A DNA stretch of 63,076 bases, filler included, from Choristocarpus tenellus KU-1152 (Eukaryota; Protista; Phaeophyceae): assembly GCA_964200185.2 (NCBI GenBank). It is 9 parts of 9 records of this genome, joined end to end, with 100 filler letters (N's around TTAATTAATTAA, not from the genome) between each part and the next. Parts side by side here need not be neighbours in the genome. Positions count along the whole stretch, not along the records: positions 23,236 to 34,816 come from CAXNAD020002234.1; positions 34,917 to 39,444 come from CAXNAD020014137.1; positions 39,545 to 49,299 come from CAXNAD020003422.1; 6 more parts are not named here. One strand, given 5' to 3'. Under the pieces are notes generated by a model. The model worked only from the letters and a program-made list of their open reading frames with translations. It made no database searches and had not been told where the DNA came from. Position numbers and translations under genes: made by a program. Below are positions 26,244 through 39,605 of the stretch, piece by piece (positions within the stretch are counted from its first letter, which is position 1; each line of letters begins with the position of its first letter).

Positions 26244-27092
26244 TTGAGTGTAAGTGATACTAATTTTTTTTTTTACATTTTATGATTGATTGCAGGGGTG
26301 ATGAAATAAAGGCTGCATGGTGTAAGCATCCAGTCAACTCATCAGGATCGATTCGTATGGATGGGTCCATTGGTGTGTGGGGTGTTGTAACCCATTATGC
26401 GCTCTTGAAAAATTTATGTCCTCCTTCCCTACCTCAGTTGTTGGACAACAATGGATTCACCTAGCCCAAGCTACTATTTTACTTCGAGTTGAGAGAGTAG
26501 GTATTGGGTGTTTGTTGTGGGTATTTGCTTCTTGCAATGAGCTGGGATCTGTTTAACCCACTACAATGTGAGGAAAGGGAGTACTTGATCACTGCATATT
26601 ATTCTGGATTTAAGAAACTATTTGTTTCCTCACAGGCTTGAAACTCTGTATAGTTTGGTTGTTTCTTCCAGTCCAGACTACAGAAACAAATTGTGTGAAC
26701 GCATATTTTTATTCTTCCACAATGTGTAATTTCATCTATCTACTGGGTGGAGGAAACACCAAACCTAATACAACATACGAAAAATTGTTTTCCACACTGA
26801 TTGGGAAACACATCCTTGTAGACTTGAGCAATTTTTATGATGTGGCATATTCAACCAATCAAACAAATCCACACTCATTATTGACAGAACCAGCCATTTT
26901 ATAGTCAATGGGTGTTCACACCCACTATTCCATGGATAAAGCTTCATTACTCACAATGCTGTCAAGAGCTATCTACTCCCTGAACAGTTAGTGGTTGTGC
27001 ATTATCAAAAGAAAAAAGTAACACACATAGCACTCTTGCTCTTGGTTCATGCCAGCAGAGTCTACTTGTTTCTCAAAGGTGAAAGAGAAATC

Positions 27093-30000
27093 TCATAGCA
27101 CCCCACCCTCCCCAAACTTGTTGACAAGGTCATCCAGAACAGGTTGGACCTGTGGAGAGGGTAAGAGTTTCTGTGTGTGAGGAACATAATTGAGAAGTTA
27201 ATGAACAGTTTCATTCCTGTATTACAGATATTTTATCTACTGATGTTGAAACCACCTTATCAAGAGCTTCAAAAAACAAATGGTAGCAATATAAAATTTG
27301 ACTACAACAGTTGCGCTGTATATAGTAAGAATCCTCCTATTAATTGTTCAGATCTTCCCCCATGCCATCATTTGGAAATGAAGTAGATAACAGCCAATTA
27401 TGTGCAGCACAAGCCCACCCAACCAATCTGTCCATTTGTTGGATGAGGTGTTCATCCCATGACAAAATCGATTGCAGATCTAGTTACACAAAATTACTCT
27501 TTTTACTTAATGCTACTTGTTACACGTGACAAAATGCGACTACTTCTAAAGAGGGAGGTCTCTGTTCTACTGTGAACAATAGAGATGCCATTGTTGTATT
27601 TCACATGCTTCTTTTCAGGCTGTGTCTTCCTCCTCCCCAACATCGACAAAACCCCCCAAAAAACATTGTTGCTGCTACACGGCATGTGTATGATGTAAAT
27701 AAAACATGGTGTGCAGTTAACAATCTACATACATAATGAAAGTATGGTTTGAGTGTGTGTGTGCAAGAGAGAGAAAAAGGACAGACAAATATGGGATTGG
27801 CAAGAAGTTACAAACATGGACGATGGATAACCGGAGTACTAGTAGTTATCCTCCTAGATTATGCAATTTCCAACGATTTCCCGAAGGAGTGAAACACGAT
27901 CTGGTAAAGACCACACATGGACAAGGGAAACATGCTTGTGCAACATCTTAACACTTCAGAGTGGATTTCGTATCCTCCCATACATAGTCGCGATTTTGAG
28001 GTTTACATCTCAGGACAGATATAACGGAAAATGCGAATTCTTAAAAAGGTCTTTTACTTAATTCATTTTATACCCCCCCACACAAAGCGGTTCATCTTCG
28101 TAGTAAAAAAAAAAAAGGACTTTCCACTGAGACAGAAAACCAACCTCATGTTCAAATTGTTCAAGGATACAAAACAGCACACCGTACATTGAACAAAATG
28201 ATACTTGTGTACGTGAAAAATAATTATATTTTCATGTAATAAAAATAAAGTGAATCGAACGAAATCTGTCCAAAATCCCACAAAAAAAAAGCTTTTTTGC
28301 TCCAACTTGACCATCACTCACCCTTTGTTTCTCCTCTGGAGCAAGACGGTCCGGAAACACCACGCCATCCAAGTGATCATACTCGTGCTGCAACGTAACA
28401 AACATCCAGATCAGATTGTTTGTTTAAACTCAAATTACTTAAGCAATGAATGTACAAAGTAGTATGATCTTTCAATGTTTCAGGAAGAGCTCTTTCACAC
28501 TCCTTGCCCAAGACATCATCACTGTCCATTCTCAACAGCAAGTACTTCCCATTACTTTCCCTTTCATCCTTCATACAATGCACAAAAATACACATCGCAG
28601 ATCATGCATCACATGTCACACAAAAAATGAAACTTGAAAAAAAATGCGATATATTGATGAAATGAAGTTACAAAGAATTATTCGCTGTCGGGGATGTAAT
28701 TTACTACTTACCCTCCTAGAATTTCTTTGTAAAATAGGCGCAAATGTATGCAATCAAACGGCACAGTCACTTTTTCTTGTAGCATTCAAAACAAAACACT
28801 TTCACAAAAACTTGTTACATTGCATCAAAGATGATGACGCAATACCTGGCTCAAATCTAACAAAAAAAAGTGTTTCATGCCACGCAACGCCTATGACTAT
28901 GTAAACACGTCCAGCACCAAAGTCCTAGCCTGAAACCCTAATTGGGTTGGACACCTAAGAGTCCTCTTACTAAAACCTCCCAACTTTCTGACACCTCCAC
29001 AAATATTAGAGCTCTAGGGTGTACTACTACAGCTAACGTGTCAGACTCTGCAACACACAAACATGAATAACAGACTACCTATCACAAATTTTATGCTATG
29101 TATTTTTTCTCCATTGCACTCCAGTGCTTCGAACTCCTTATCTCTGTCTGTGCCACCCATGTGGTCAGGGCTCTAAACAGGACCACAAAACAGGAGGCGC
29201 ATTGCTGTTTATCTCCAGATGTATCCAATGGCTTGGTAATTCCCTCTGTGTCAACATAAGCTCAACCCATTAATGTATCATTCGCATGTTGCTGCAGTTG
29301 TGCCATACCAAACAATTAACTGTAGCCCTATTTACATCCTAGCATGAATAGCTAACTAACTCAAGACCAACTAAAAAAACAGCCATCAAAAAGGATGACA
29401 AAGCCCCCTCGAATGTGCTCAAGTGTATGAAATATCAAATAAAGCCGTTTCACAACTAAAAAAATCAATGCATCAGTGACAGAAAAAAACTTGAGAAAAA
29501 AATCACTCTAAAAAAGAACCATGGTAAAGCAACCAGATAGTACAAAAACAACACACCCTTGGAACAAAGAAAAGGTGTGTAATTCCAGATTATAAAAAAT
29601 AGCACCATATCTAAGAAAAAACAATGACTACCACATAAAATGCACAGTAACAAATCAACGGTTTTATCTCTGGTGTGCTAGAATGAACCATATTTATATT
29701 TTGTGTGTGTGAATGAAGACCTGTGAAGATAACATGTTCGTTGGCATTATCAGTAACTATGCCCTGTATCAAATTTGGTGCAAAGGTCTTCAACTACTAA
29801 GGATCACATCTTTTCCCAAATTTTTCAGGAGGGGGACATTCCTGTTGTCACCAACAACTCATCCACAAGCACTATTCTCAGCCTGTTGTCTTGCTCCTTG
29901 TGTACTCCCTTCAAGTCATTGTTGATCAAGTGCTTCAGCTGTCTTACATCTTGCAAGGAGTCTAGGTCACCTGCTAGAGCTGTTTATGGGTCTCAGCACC

Positions 30001-31352
30001 ATAATCTCATTATGTCTTCATCGTGTTTTTCACAAAGCCATGGATGTTGTCCAAGTGAATCATGTCTGCACTGGTCTGCAGTGAACAAAACAACCTTGAG
30101 GCACAGATTGTTCACGTCCAGTGACTGAGCAGGTAGCTTGACCACATGTATCAAGTAACCTCCAGAAGAGGCCCAACTTCCCCTCCTTTTTGCCGGATGC
30201 TGTATGCGGCCATACATTGTCACCCTGAAGTAAAACAATGTCCTGCTCTGAGAGGCTCGAGGCACACACAACATATCGTAGGACCTCCTTGAGCTTTTTC
30301 TTGTGGAGGTCATCATCCCCGTTGACAGTCTTGGTCTCCAAGGTATATATCACCAGTGCGATTACAGGATGGTCATCCCAGTCACAGCCTACCTTGTCAA
30401 TGGTCAAACGCCAACCTTCCTGTCCCATGAAGCTCTGTCCTCCAGAAGACAGGGGTGTGTGTTAACAGTCAGCACATTGTCCTCCAATTGAACTTGGTTT
30501 GTCAGAGAGGGTTTGGTATGATTCGATTCCCATTCCATGATATACTTCCTCATCTCGCATTTGGCAAATTAAGCCCTTCTGCAGTTCATCTGCTCTCTCG
30601 CGGGCTCATTCAGGCACAAGGACTGCTTCAATCGCATCAAGCTCCACTCGCAAGAGTTGTCTTGATCATCTCTTGCAAAGAAACGATATCCAGTTCGAAT
30701 CATTCCGGACTTGAGTGCCACATGTGTCCACTAGGAACCATAGCAGATCTTCCCAAAGTCCTTGCCCAGTCGAAAATAATCTCCAACAATACCTCACCAC
30801 TGGTTATATACTCCGTTTCTCCACCATCCCAGCTTTGGTGCCCATTGATACAGTCTGTGTCGAGAATATGAAATCCCAACGTCTTGCAATCACGCTCCTC
30901 AGCAGCAACGCAACCCAGACACCCACGATCAATTTTACCATTTCAGACACGACTTTCACCCCCTCCGACAGGGCACTGCCGTCCTTTGACCCACACCACT
31001 CTACAGAACGATGAACACGATGAAAACACTCAGACGTTGAGATCGATCAGGCTCTCATGACCAAAAATATATATTGCAACTGCCTCCACACAGGACCCAC
31101 CCCCCCCGAGAGGTCAAGAAACATTACTATTGATTTATTTGTAACAAACCAGGGAGAACAAACAAAAAAAATAAAACGTACATGCATTAACAGAAAAAAA
31201 AGATCCGTGCCCTCAGCACTCCTACCATATCTTGAAAAAAACAAAAAAGTTAATACCTGGAATATCCGTGCGATCCAGTCAGTATACTTCTTCTTTACCT
31301 TCTTCCCCTGCGTGTTCACTGCCTCTATCTTAACCCACGTGGACCTTTCCAC
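27093..31352 (-). CDS. def: Peptide deformylase (organellar type), three C-terminal exons 31352-31257, 28387-28322, 27149-27093
   Basis: Spliced product VERSTWVKIEAVNTQGKKVKKKYTDWIARIFQ|HEYDHLDGVVFPDRLAPEEKQR|VQPVLDDLVNKFGEGGVL*. Contains the QHExDHLxG motif; all junctions GT-AG phase 0; the EGCLS exon was not found. Confidence 0.93.
29700..31010 (-). pseudogene. Decayed coding insert in a def intron, possibly a YqaJ/PD-(D/E)xK nuclease-like transposon gene
   Basis: QLEDNVL...WRLTIDKVG...VIYTLETKTV (ExK motif); frameshifted. Confidence 0.3.
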
Positions 31353-31556
31353 CTGGAAGGCGTAACAAAAAGACAAAATTACCTCGTGACAAAGTTGCGC
31401 GATACTTTTCATCGCGACAACTTTTTTCTTTTTTCTTTTTTTTTCCTCAAAAATAGTGTATGTATGTGATGGAGATTATCGATCGAACAATTGGCTGATT
31501 GATTACTTCATGTAAGTGTTGGTGAATGATGCAATGCCGATCAATTTGGCAGGTGC

Positions 31557-31592
<36 letters not shown>

Positions 31593-32485
31593 GTACAAAA
31601 AAAAATACCTACTACAGTTCATTCTTTTTTTGGATTCAATGTTAGCATCATCTTGTGCGATCAACTTTCACAATTTTTTCTTAACAGGTATCTCCTACCT
31701 ATTTCACCACAGCAAAATATCAAGTCGGTCTTCTTCTTCTTGGGTGACAGACATCCACATTCTTGCCAACTCTTTTTCACATTCATACATACACATACAT
31801 AAAAAGTCAACAAAACAAACACAAATTACTCACATAGAATACTACTCTCCTCGACTGCTTTTAACAGAGGATGTTATTTATTTAGTGAGCAGTACAGTAG
31901 GATGGTGAAAGGAACTGGCGACAGTCCATGTGAAATTTATCGTACCAATGTCGTTAGGCATCAGAAAACAAACATCAACATCGTCGTACCTCTCCACAAA
32001 GCGGTGTCCTGCCTGGTAGTAGAACTCCATTAAAATGGCTGATAGATACAGGTAATACTCTTGATATATTGATTGGTACCCACAAAGTGTACTAAGGCAA
32101 AAAAAAAAAATGAAAGTTCAAAAAGTCATAACAAGTGCCAAATGTGCTCACAATAGGCTGTTCCACTTGCTGTGGCGCTGAAAGGGGTCCTGGTAGCAAC
32201 ACACGGATGTATGACTTAATTCAACCAACAGCTAAAGAGATTTTTGGAGCGACAGGGGTGATGAGCCATCCCCATCTGAGCATCAGCTGCAACTTAAGTA
32301 CATTTCCCTTTGGTGGGAAGGGGGTGGCAAACCAACCCCCCGGGTGCATGTTGAACAGCTTGTTGGAGGGAATGGTGTTGATGACCGTGAAACATGACAT
32401 ACAGGTGTAACAGTCCAAAAAAAACCGACATCCGGGAGCTCTTAGAGTGGGCCGCTGAATCGGTTTTCCAGGTTTAGCAGCTACA

Positions 32486-32492
<7 letters not shown>

Positions 32493-32565
<73 letters not shown>

Positions 32566-32576
32566 TGTGTGTGTGT
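32493..32576. repeat. (TG)n microsatellite
   Basis: Directly visible. Confidence 0.95.
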
Positions 32577-35500
32577 ATATATATATCAATGACAATCTCA
32601 TGGTGCTATTTTATTATACAAAGTAAAAATAAAAATACTTCATAATACTTCAAGAAACAGTGGAGGTGGAGCAAAAAGGTGCTTCAGGTTATCTGCCTCA
32701 TAAGTTTTCTCTCACTACCCTGAGAGAGCCTATCCGATAAGACCTAGTCAACCAATACCTATTGCATGAAGGTGTCACCTTGTATCTTTCTCAAGACCCC
32801 CTCGAAGTCTTCCTGGCAGTAGTGCCCAAGCACCAAAGAGGAGTTGACCACAAAATCGAGTACTCTTCTGGTACCCAACACCTTTCCCGAAAAGGTTTAA
32901 GAACTATTCCGACTTCAACGGATATCACCAAGGGACCACAACGGCACCAAAATAGAGTTAAAAAAAAATGGGTTAACGGTTTCGAGGAAAAACCAGAGAT
33001 TTCCACCAATCAGATACTGGGCTCATCAGCAGATCAGTATGATGTTGTATGGAATATGTCCAATATACACCTATATACCACTGAAGGTATATCCCTAATA
33101 TTCCACACCTTTATTGATTTCTCTTACAGTCAGTCATACCGACCCGTCAAGAGCTATAATAATAATAACAATAATGTACAGTAGGATATTTGTTATCCTG
33201 CAATGGACATGTAAGGACAAACTGGCTATAGAGTCTTCAAGAAAGAAGACAAAACTCACATCCCTAGCAAGAGACGTGCATCCTAGCTCTTGGTTGGAAG
33301 GGTAAGTCAGGGGTACAGTCAATCGCCTGGAACTCATTACTCAGTATCACTTACAGCCCAGTCTGTAGAATCTTGGGCATCAGATTTTGCTGCTCATTAT
33401 CGTATCACAAACAATGGAAGTTCTGGGAATTTCACACATTACAACAGGAACAGTATGTTCTTGCCAGCTCCTCTCTTGCAACAAGTACATGGGGTACCAC
33501 AAGAAGAAATGCCAGTGCTGGCAGGTCAGTATGACTATCAAACTACTGTAAAGCAAACCAATGACGGTATGAAGAGTTGAACATATACCGTCAGCGTTAT
33601 ATACTTCGAAGTATGCATTATATTGACAGTATACTGTACAAGGTCATACCAATCAGCTGATCCCTTCAATATATGGACGGTGGGGATATCCCATTTATCG
33701 GAATATCCCAACAATCACCTTACAGCATATTTAGTACTATTGAGAACTTGTTTCACCAAAAGAGATCCCAAATCGACTGAAGCCCTAGATTGCAAGCTGA
33801 AAAGTCCACATGGCGTGAAGGAAATCTCAACTCGTTTCACAAATTGCAACGCAGTGTTCAGAAAACTCTGTAACTGTATCTGTATTGAAGTGCAATATTG
33901 GAAATCGGTTTCAAAGCCACTAATGAGAGACCCAAGCACTTCAATACAGTTACAGAAACAGAGACAAAGAAATAATACCGTTCTTAACAACTGCACCTAT
34001 CTCATCTCACATGGAAGTTGGTAATGAAAGGCCGTGGAAGAGTCAAACCAACATTAGGTACACAGGCGACATGTGATGATGCAATAGGCAAATCGAAAGG
34101 GTCTCAGTAAGATCACACTGACAACACGCTACTAATATCTAGGGACACGGGACAGGCCATAACTTGAGTGCAACAGCTGCAAGGTTGCCAGGAGACGACC
34201 ACCTGCTTGATATAAACACTCCAAACACCAAAAAGCTAGATGAAGTAGAAACCAAGCACTACCCAGAGATGACTCAGATCCTTACACCACCTACAAACTT
34301 CCACTAGATGGGTCTTGGTATTGGCGATGTTTGAGTTGTTTGAGTTGTTAGAGTTGATATCTCAATCCAGGAATGGACAGCACAATACAGTAACCACGGC
34401 AAAAACAATCATTCTCAGACACACCAAAGGAGGAACTGAATTTTATTTTTATTTTTTATTTTACTTGCTATCTGCTGATACGAGAAAAGTGGTCACGCTT
34501 TCCACTTAGGTAACACTTAGGAACGGCATACTAGTATGTAAATCTAAGAGATGGGATGTACTTTTTGAAGCAGAGGCTACTTCATCCACACTGAACAGGA
34601 GTAATAATAATAATAATAATAATAATAAGTGTGCGTTAGCGCAGCCTGCATACACAAAAACTGACAATTCAATCAGATAATCCATCAGCAACAGCAACAA
34701 CTACGATGGATAACAAGACCACTAAGCAACTACCGATATATAGATACCACAGTGCCACAACAAAATGTGTCCGTATCAGACGATCCTACACCGTAGACTT
34801 AGTAACCCTCCCCCCCNNNNNNNNNNNNNNNNNNNNNNNNNNNNNNNNNNNNNNNNNNNNTTAATTAATTAANNNNNNNNNNNNNNNNNNNNNNNNNNNN
34901 NNNNNNNNNNNNNNNNTTATTACTACTAATACTAGTAGTAGTACTGGTGTTAGTACGTTATTACCATTATCACCACCAATATTATTATTGATATATCTCA
35001 CTGTTTACTCCTAGTCTGGAACTGTTCCATTACCTCCACTCTACCTACCTCGCTGACCTGTGGTCAGATGGCAGTGCACACTGCACCATTATTTCCACCC
35101 TACAAACTACCTTTTGCACTGCGTTACTAATTGCACCATTCCATACCTACCTTGATTATTTTCTCTTTTGCAGTGTCCAGCCCTCCCGCCGCTTGCCACT
35201 CCACCTCCTCCCTCAAATCACGTGCGAAATCCCTCCATCTGCAGGAAATCTTCTCCAACACGATCCAGAATTTTCCGTGTATCCCCTTTTGTGGTAAGTA
35301 CGAGACAGAAAGGTACAGGTGTACCTCGCCAATGCACCTGCCAGGTGGTTCATCCAAGTCAGTCAAATAAATTTCCTGCCAAGAAAATCTCATCTCTGCA
35401 ACCAGCGTTTGAATTAGAGTTTGTCAAGGAAAAGAAGAGTAAGGCAAAGGGACTGAGAGGCACGCTTTACCATGTTGGGGGGGGCAGATTCAATAACATC

Positions 35501-36115
35501 ACTCATCAGAATGAAAACATTCCATAGAGAGTCGAGAGTGGAAACCATCTGTGTGGTAGAGCTTGTGGGATCTGCGACATTGTACCCATGGAAGCTGTGA
35601 TTTCATAGGACATGATGTAGATGCACTGTGAAACAGTCGGCGGAACAACAAACAAAAATCAATTGGTGGAAGACCAATAAATAGATTCCAATCAGATCAC
35701 CCCCTCCCAATGTCACCTGATTGTGTGAGGGAGTGCGAACACTCATCAATACGATCAAGGCGCATCAAGGGTGCTAGCTGGAAGGACAACATAGCACCCT
35801 AAAAAAAAGAAAAGATAAGTGCTTCCGAAAAGAAAACATGTACTCCATGTATCACAACAATACGTTGTCGTCTCAATGCTAGAATGAGAAACCCACTCAT
35901 AATAAGTTGAAGCAATGCCATCCCCTTGATTAATATTAATGTGACTCAGGGCATGCAGCATCCCAGACTTGGCACTTGTATCCAATGATTGTGGGTGGAT
36001 TGAAACATCAACAAACAAAATGCAGTTGTGAGCTTGTATTGCTCAGCCACTTCATCTGGACCAAGGGTGAGGAGAAAAATATAATACCACTCCGGGTCAA
36101 AAGGATAATGCACCA

Positions 36116-36374
36116 GAGTGAAAGTATCTTAGAGGGTACAAGTTTTGCCCTGTTTGTCCATTCGAGGCTTAGCTTCCCTCAGGGTTTTTAATGACATTTT
36201 CCTGCACCAAAATATTTCGGAGTAGGTAAAATGCATACGTTATGAAAAGGTGTGTCCGGAACAAGGATATTGACACTTCTTAACAAACACGATAGCCAAA
36301 ATTACATCAAAATCGCAATATTGGATTGTAGACCCCAAATGGACGTGGCTCTACCCTCTAAGATACTTTGGCTC
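36116..36374 (+). mobile_element. MITE family A, TSD ACCA
   Basis: TIR GAGTGAAAGTATCTTAGAGGGTA / TACCCTCTAAGATACTTTGGCTC; ACCA on both sides. Confidence 0.93.
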
Positions 36375-36399
36375 ACCAGGACGGTCGGGTTTGACACAA

Positions 36400-39300
36400 C
36401 AAAATCAAGATTTTCCGTGCAAACTACACTGATGTTTCCTTTGCTTGTTTGCGAACATAGTAGACCACAGGCGGTATGAGGGAAATAGCCACAAAAGAAC
36501 TACGACAAGGGTCAACAAGCTGGGGATTGGGACTATTGTCTCAAGCATGTGGTCTATGAACTAATGAATTTACTCCAGTCTTACTATTTGGAAATGTTGA
36601 AACGTTGTTGGTTGTGGTGTCCTTTGCTACATGCCTGGCCTAAATCACGGGGTGCTAGCTCAAATGTGAGGTGCACATTAATCGTTGAACGCCGAATAAG
36701 CGGTTGAGGTGTGGAAGGCGATGTGGCATTGAAAAGGCCAAAAATGGTAGGAAAATATCAGTGTAGATTAGGGTTTTTCCCAAATGTCCACCCGATGAAG
36801 AACGATGGCGGTGTGCATGTGGTCCCAAGTGCTACAATGGATTAGTAGTACTAGTTGGCGGCAGAAACTGTAATGTTTTCGAATGTGACCGATACAACAA
36901 GTCAGTTGCTGGATCAATGGACAAGTAAGGCATACTAAATCCAATCTGCCTGGTGGGTAATATCGCTGTAAGAGATTGTTTGATATGCAGGAATTAAGAA
37001 CCAAATCGGGCTTCCTGTGCATCACGAATTCTTATGCCTCCTAGAGTGGAAAAGTGTCCCCTGCACTTGTAAAATGGTCGTGGTCACCCTCTACCTCTGA
37101 AATTTAAGATTATCAGGGTAGTGTTCATGCTCTTGTCATTTTTTTGGATATTTGAAACATGATTCGCCAGGGACATTGCGGCAAATAGGGGGTAAGGCAG
37201 CAGGAAGGTATGTAAGTTCACCCTCTTCAAATCCAAGCAAACACCACAAAGCATCCAAAGCCTCTTGATCTTTGTTATTTTTATGCTGCACAGAGAAGAA
37301 GAAAAATAGTGCAATGGAATAGTCCAGTGCGTGAGCATATTGGATGTATCTTGTATGGAATACAAGTAGCAAAGAGTTGCGTTATCAGTAACCACTGTAA
37401 AGTGCTTTACCCCATTATAAGATCTCCAGTAAGTAATGAGCAAAATAGCAGCAGGTAATTACTCTATAGGATTACCTGAATAATGCTACTTGGCCTCCTC
37501 AGATTTCTTTCTGAAGCCCACTGCAAGTAGTGGACTAGATCTATTGAGGTCAACAAATCTTGAGGCGAGAAAAGAAACAACCCCAATACCTCTTGCATCG
37601 ACAAGCACCGCAAACTCTCTGCTAAAAGAAAGAAAGAGTGCAGAATAGGACCTATGGTAAGCAACCTTTTTGTTCACTCAAAAGCAGCGTACTGATCCTC
37701 CTCCAAAGATTTCGATGCACTCATCGATGCTTGGTTTTAACGCACTCACCCTTCATGGGTAAAATTTAACAGCAGCCCCATCATTTGGGTGAAGTTTGGT
37801 GTGAACCCGTGAACAAAATTTACAGTGTACTCGATACAAATCTGACTTCTGTAATAGTGCGTGGTTGACGAATCCGTGTCTCACCAATTCGAATACCAGC
37901 GCTAGAAATGATATGACCTAAATAGTCAACACTTGCTGGACCAAAGTATTGTCTTAGATGGCCATAACGTCAATCCTGCTGTGTAAAGTGGAGAAAACAC
38001 GCACTAAAATCAATTGCAAAGAGGGTTCCCAGGAAGAAGAAAATGTCATGAGATCATAAAAAAAACAGAGAAGCTCGAACTGGTGCAAACATCTGGTAAG
38101 GCAAGGGACATCATGCATCGAAACAACCAAGCGAGTCGTATTTGTGATGCCAAAAGGCTTTTGATTGAAAATAAAATCTGCCCAATAAATAATATCACCT
38201 GGAGCCCTTGGAAGCTGATGGAACGCAGATTGAACGTCTGCTATGGTTATGAACTTTGCAGCTCCAATGGAATCCAGACGTGCCTCAGCGCATGACATAG
38301 GCTTAAGTCTTCTTAATAATACTCTTGTTAATAGTGACCCTATAAACTATACATAATGTCAGAGTGCCGCCTTTCTTGGTCAGAACGGTAACAGTTGAGC
38401 CCCGAGGATTTTGTCGTCGTTCAACAACGGACAACACACTCGTCAGTAGCACCCCTATCATGGGAGTTGGCTGCACGAGTAGCTCAACCAACAGGTCCAG
38501 TTCCAGGGCGTTGGGATTTCTGACTCAGCGATTGTGCAGGTACCCAATTGGGGCGAATTCAGTGAAAGACTGAACGATTCTTAGGATGTAAATTCAAGAT
38601 CTGTGAAACATGAGTTGAGTTGCATTAAGAGTCCTGTTAGCAGAAGAAGGCTTAAGTGCAGCATTTATTTCTACTCGACCAGTTGTAGAAATGGGGTGGT
38701 GCGTTAGATATAACACTAGCATGAGAGCATTATACGGCAATGTAACGTTAACCAAAATGGCTTTTACCCAGTACTGCACCTGCCTTGTTTACTTTAACAC
38801 CATCACTAGGAGGCAAGTTGGGCAGTCGCCGAACAATCAATAGTATGCCACATATTGTGCGTACATAAACTGCAATATACTTCAACAGATCCTGCTTTTC
38901 CAGAGGATTGATACCTTGAAATGACTAACTTTGTGCTCGAGTACAGCAGGTGCTGCGGTAAAAGCAGGTGAACTCGAGCTAACAGCGGGAATCAAAGTCC
39001 CTTGCTCCGGAGAGATGTAAATATGTAAATATCTTCTCGGATTGCTAAGGGAGAAAATGTTTTCCTGAGGCGTCAATTGTAGCCTCTGTTCTCGAATATT
39101 TAACCTCGTTATGTTCGGGTCTTTAAATGGCCTCACCAAGATTTGTTACATGCGCCTCGTTGGGTTGCAGTAGCTTGGAAGTTCTAAGTATTCCTTCAAA
39201 CAAAGCAATCGCAAGTTCTGAGCCATATATTTCGGGGGTTAAGAACCTTTAGAAGCACACTCTACCTTCAGACGCAAGAGGTGTTTGAAATTGTCGAGAT

Positions 39301-39444
39301 TTGAGAGGAAAGGCTTCTACGGTTTCTGAGTGATATATGTCCAATGACGATCATACTCGGCTAGTGCATGTGTAGGCAGGCGCTGAAGATTAGTTGAACG
39401 TCGTCTTCAAATCATGCCAGGAACGTGGCGGAATAATGGGGAGA
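36400..39444 (-). mobile_element. Decayed Ty3/Gypsy internal region related to the 51-57 kb element
   Basis: gag remnant near 39.3 kb, RT segment LDSIGAAKFITIADVQSAFHQLP, RNase H segment HFTVVTDNATLCYLYSIQDTSNMLTHW; internal deletions. Confidence 0.88.
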
Positions 39445-39574
39445 NNNNNNNNNNNNNNNNNNNNNNNNNNNNNNNNNNNNNNNNNNNNTTAATTAATTAA
39501 NNNNNNNNNNNNNNNNNNNNNNNNNNNNNNNNNNNNNNNNNNNNTTTTCTTCTTTGGGGTTTGGGATAAAAAAG

Positions 39575-39605
<31 letters not shown>

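Noticed and set aside
33600-34250. Possible second LINE fragment (VLGSLISG)
   Set aside because: No recognisable YADD core; support is insufficient.
31400-34816. Search for the upstream peptide deformylase exon (EGCLS motif)
   Set aside because: Not found in this contig. The exon-like block at ~31990-32093 does not resemble deformylase.
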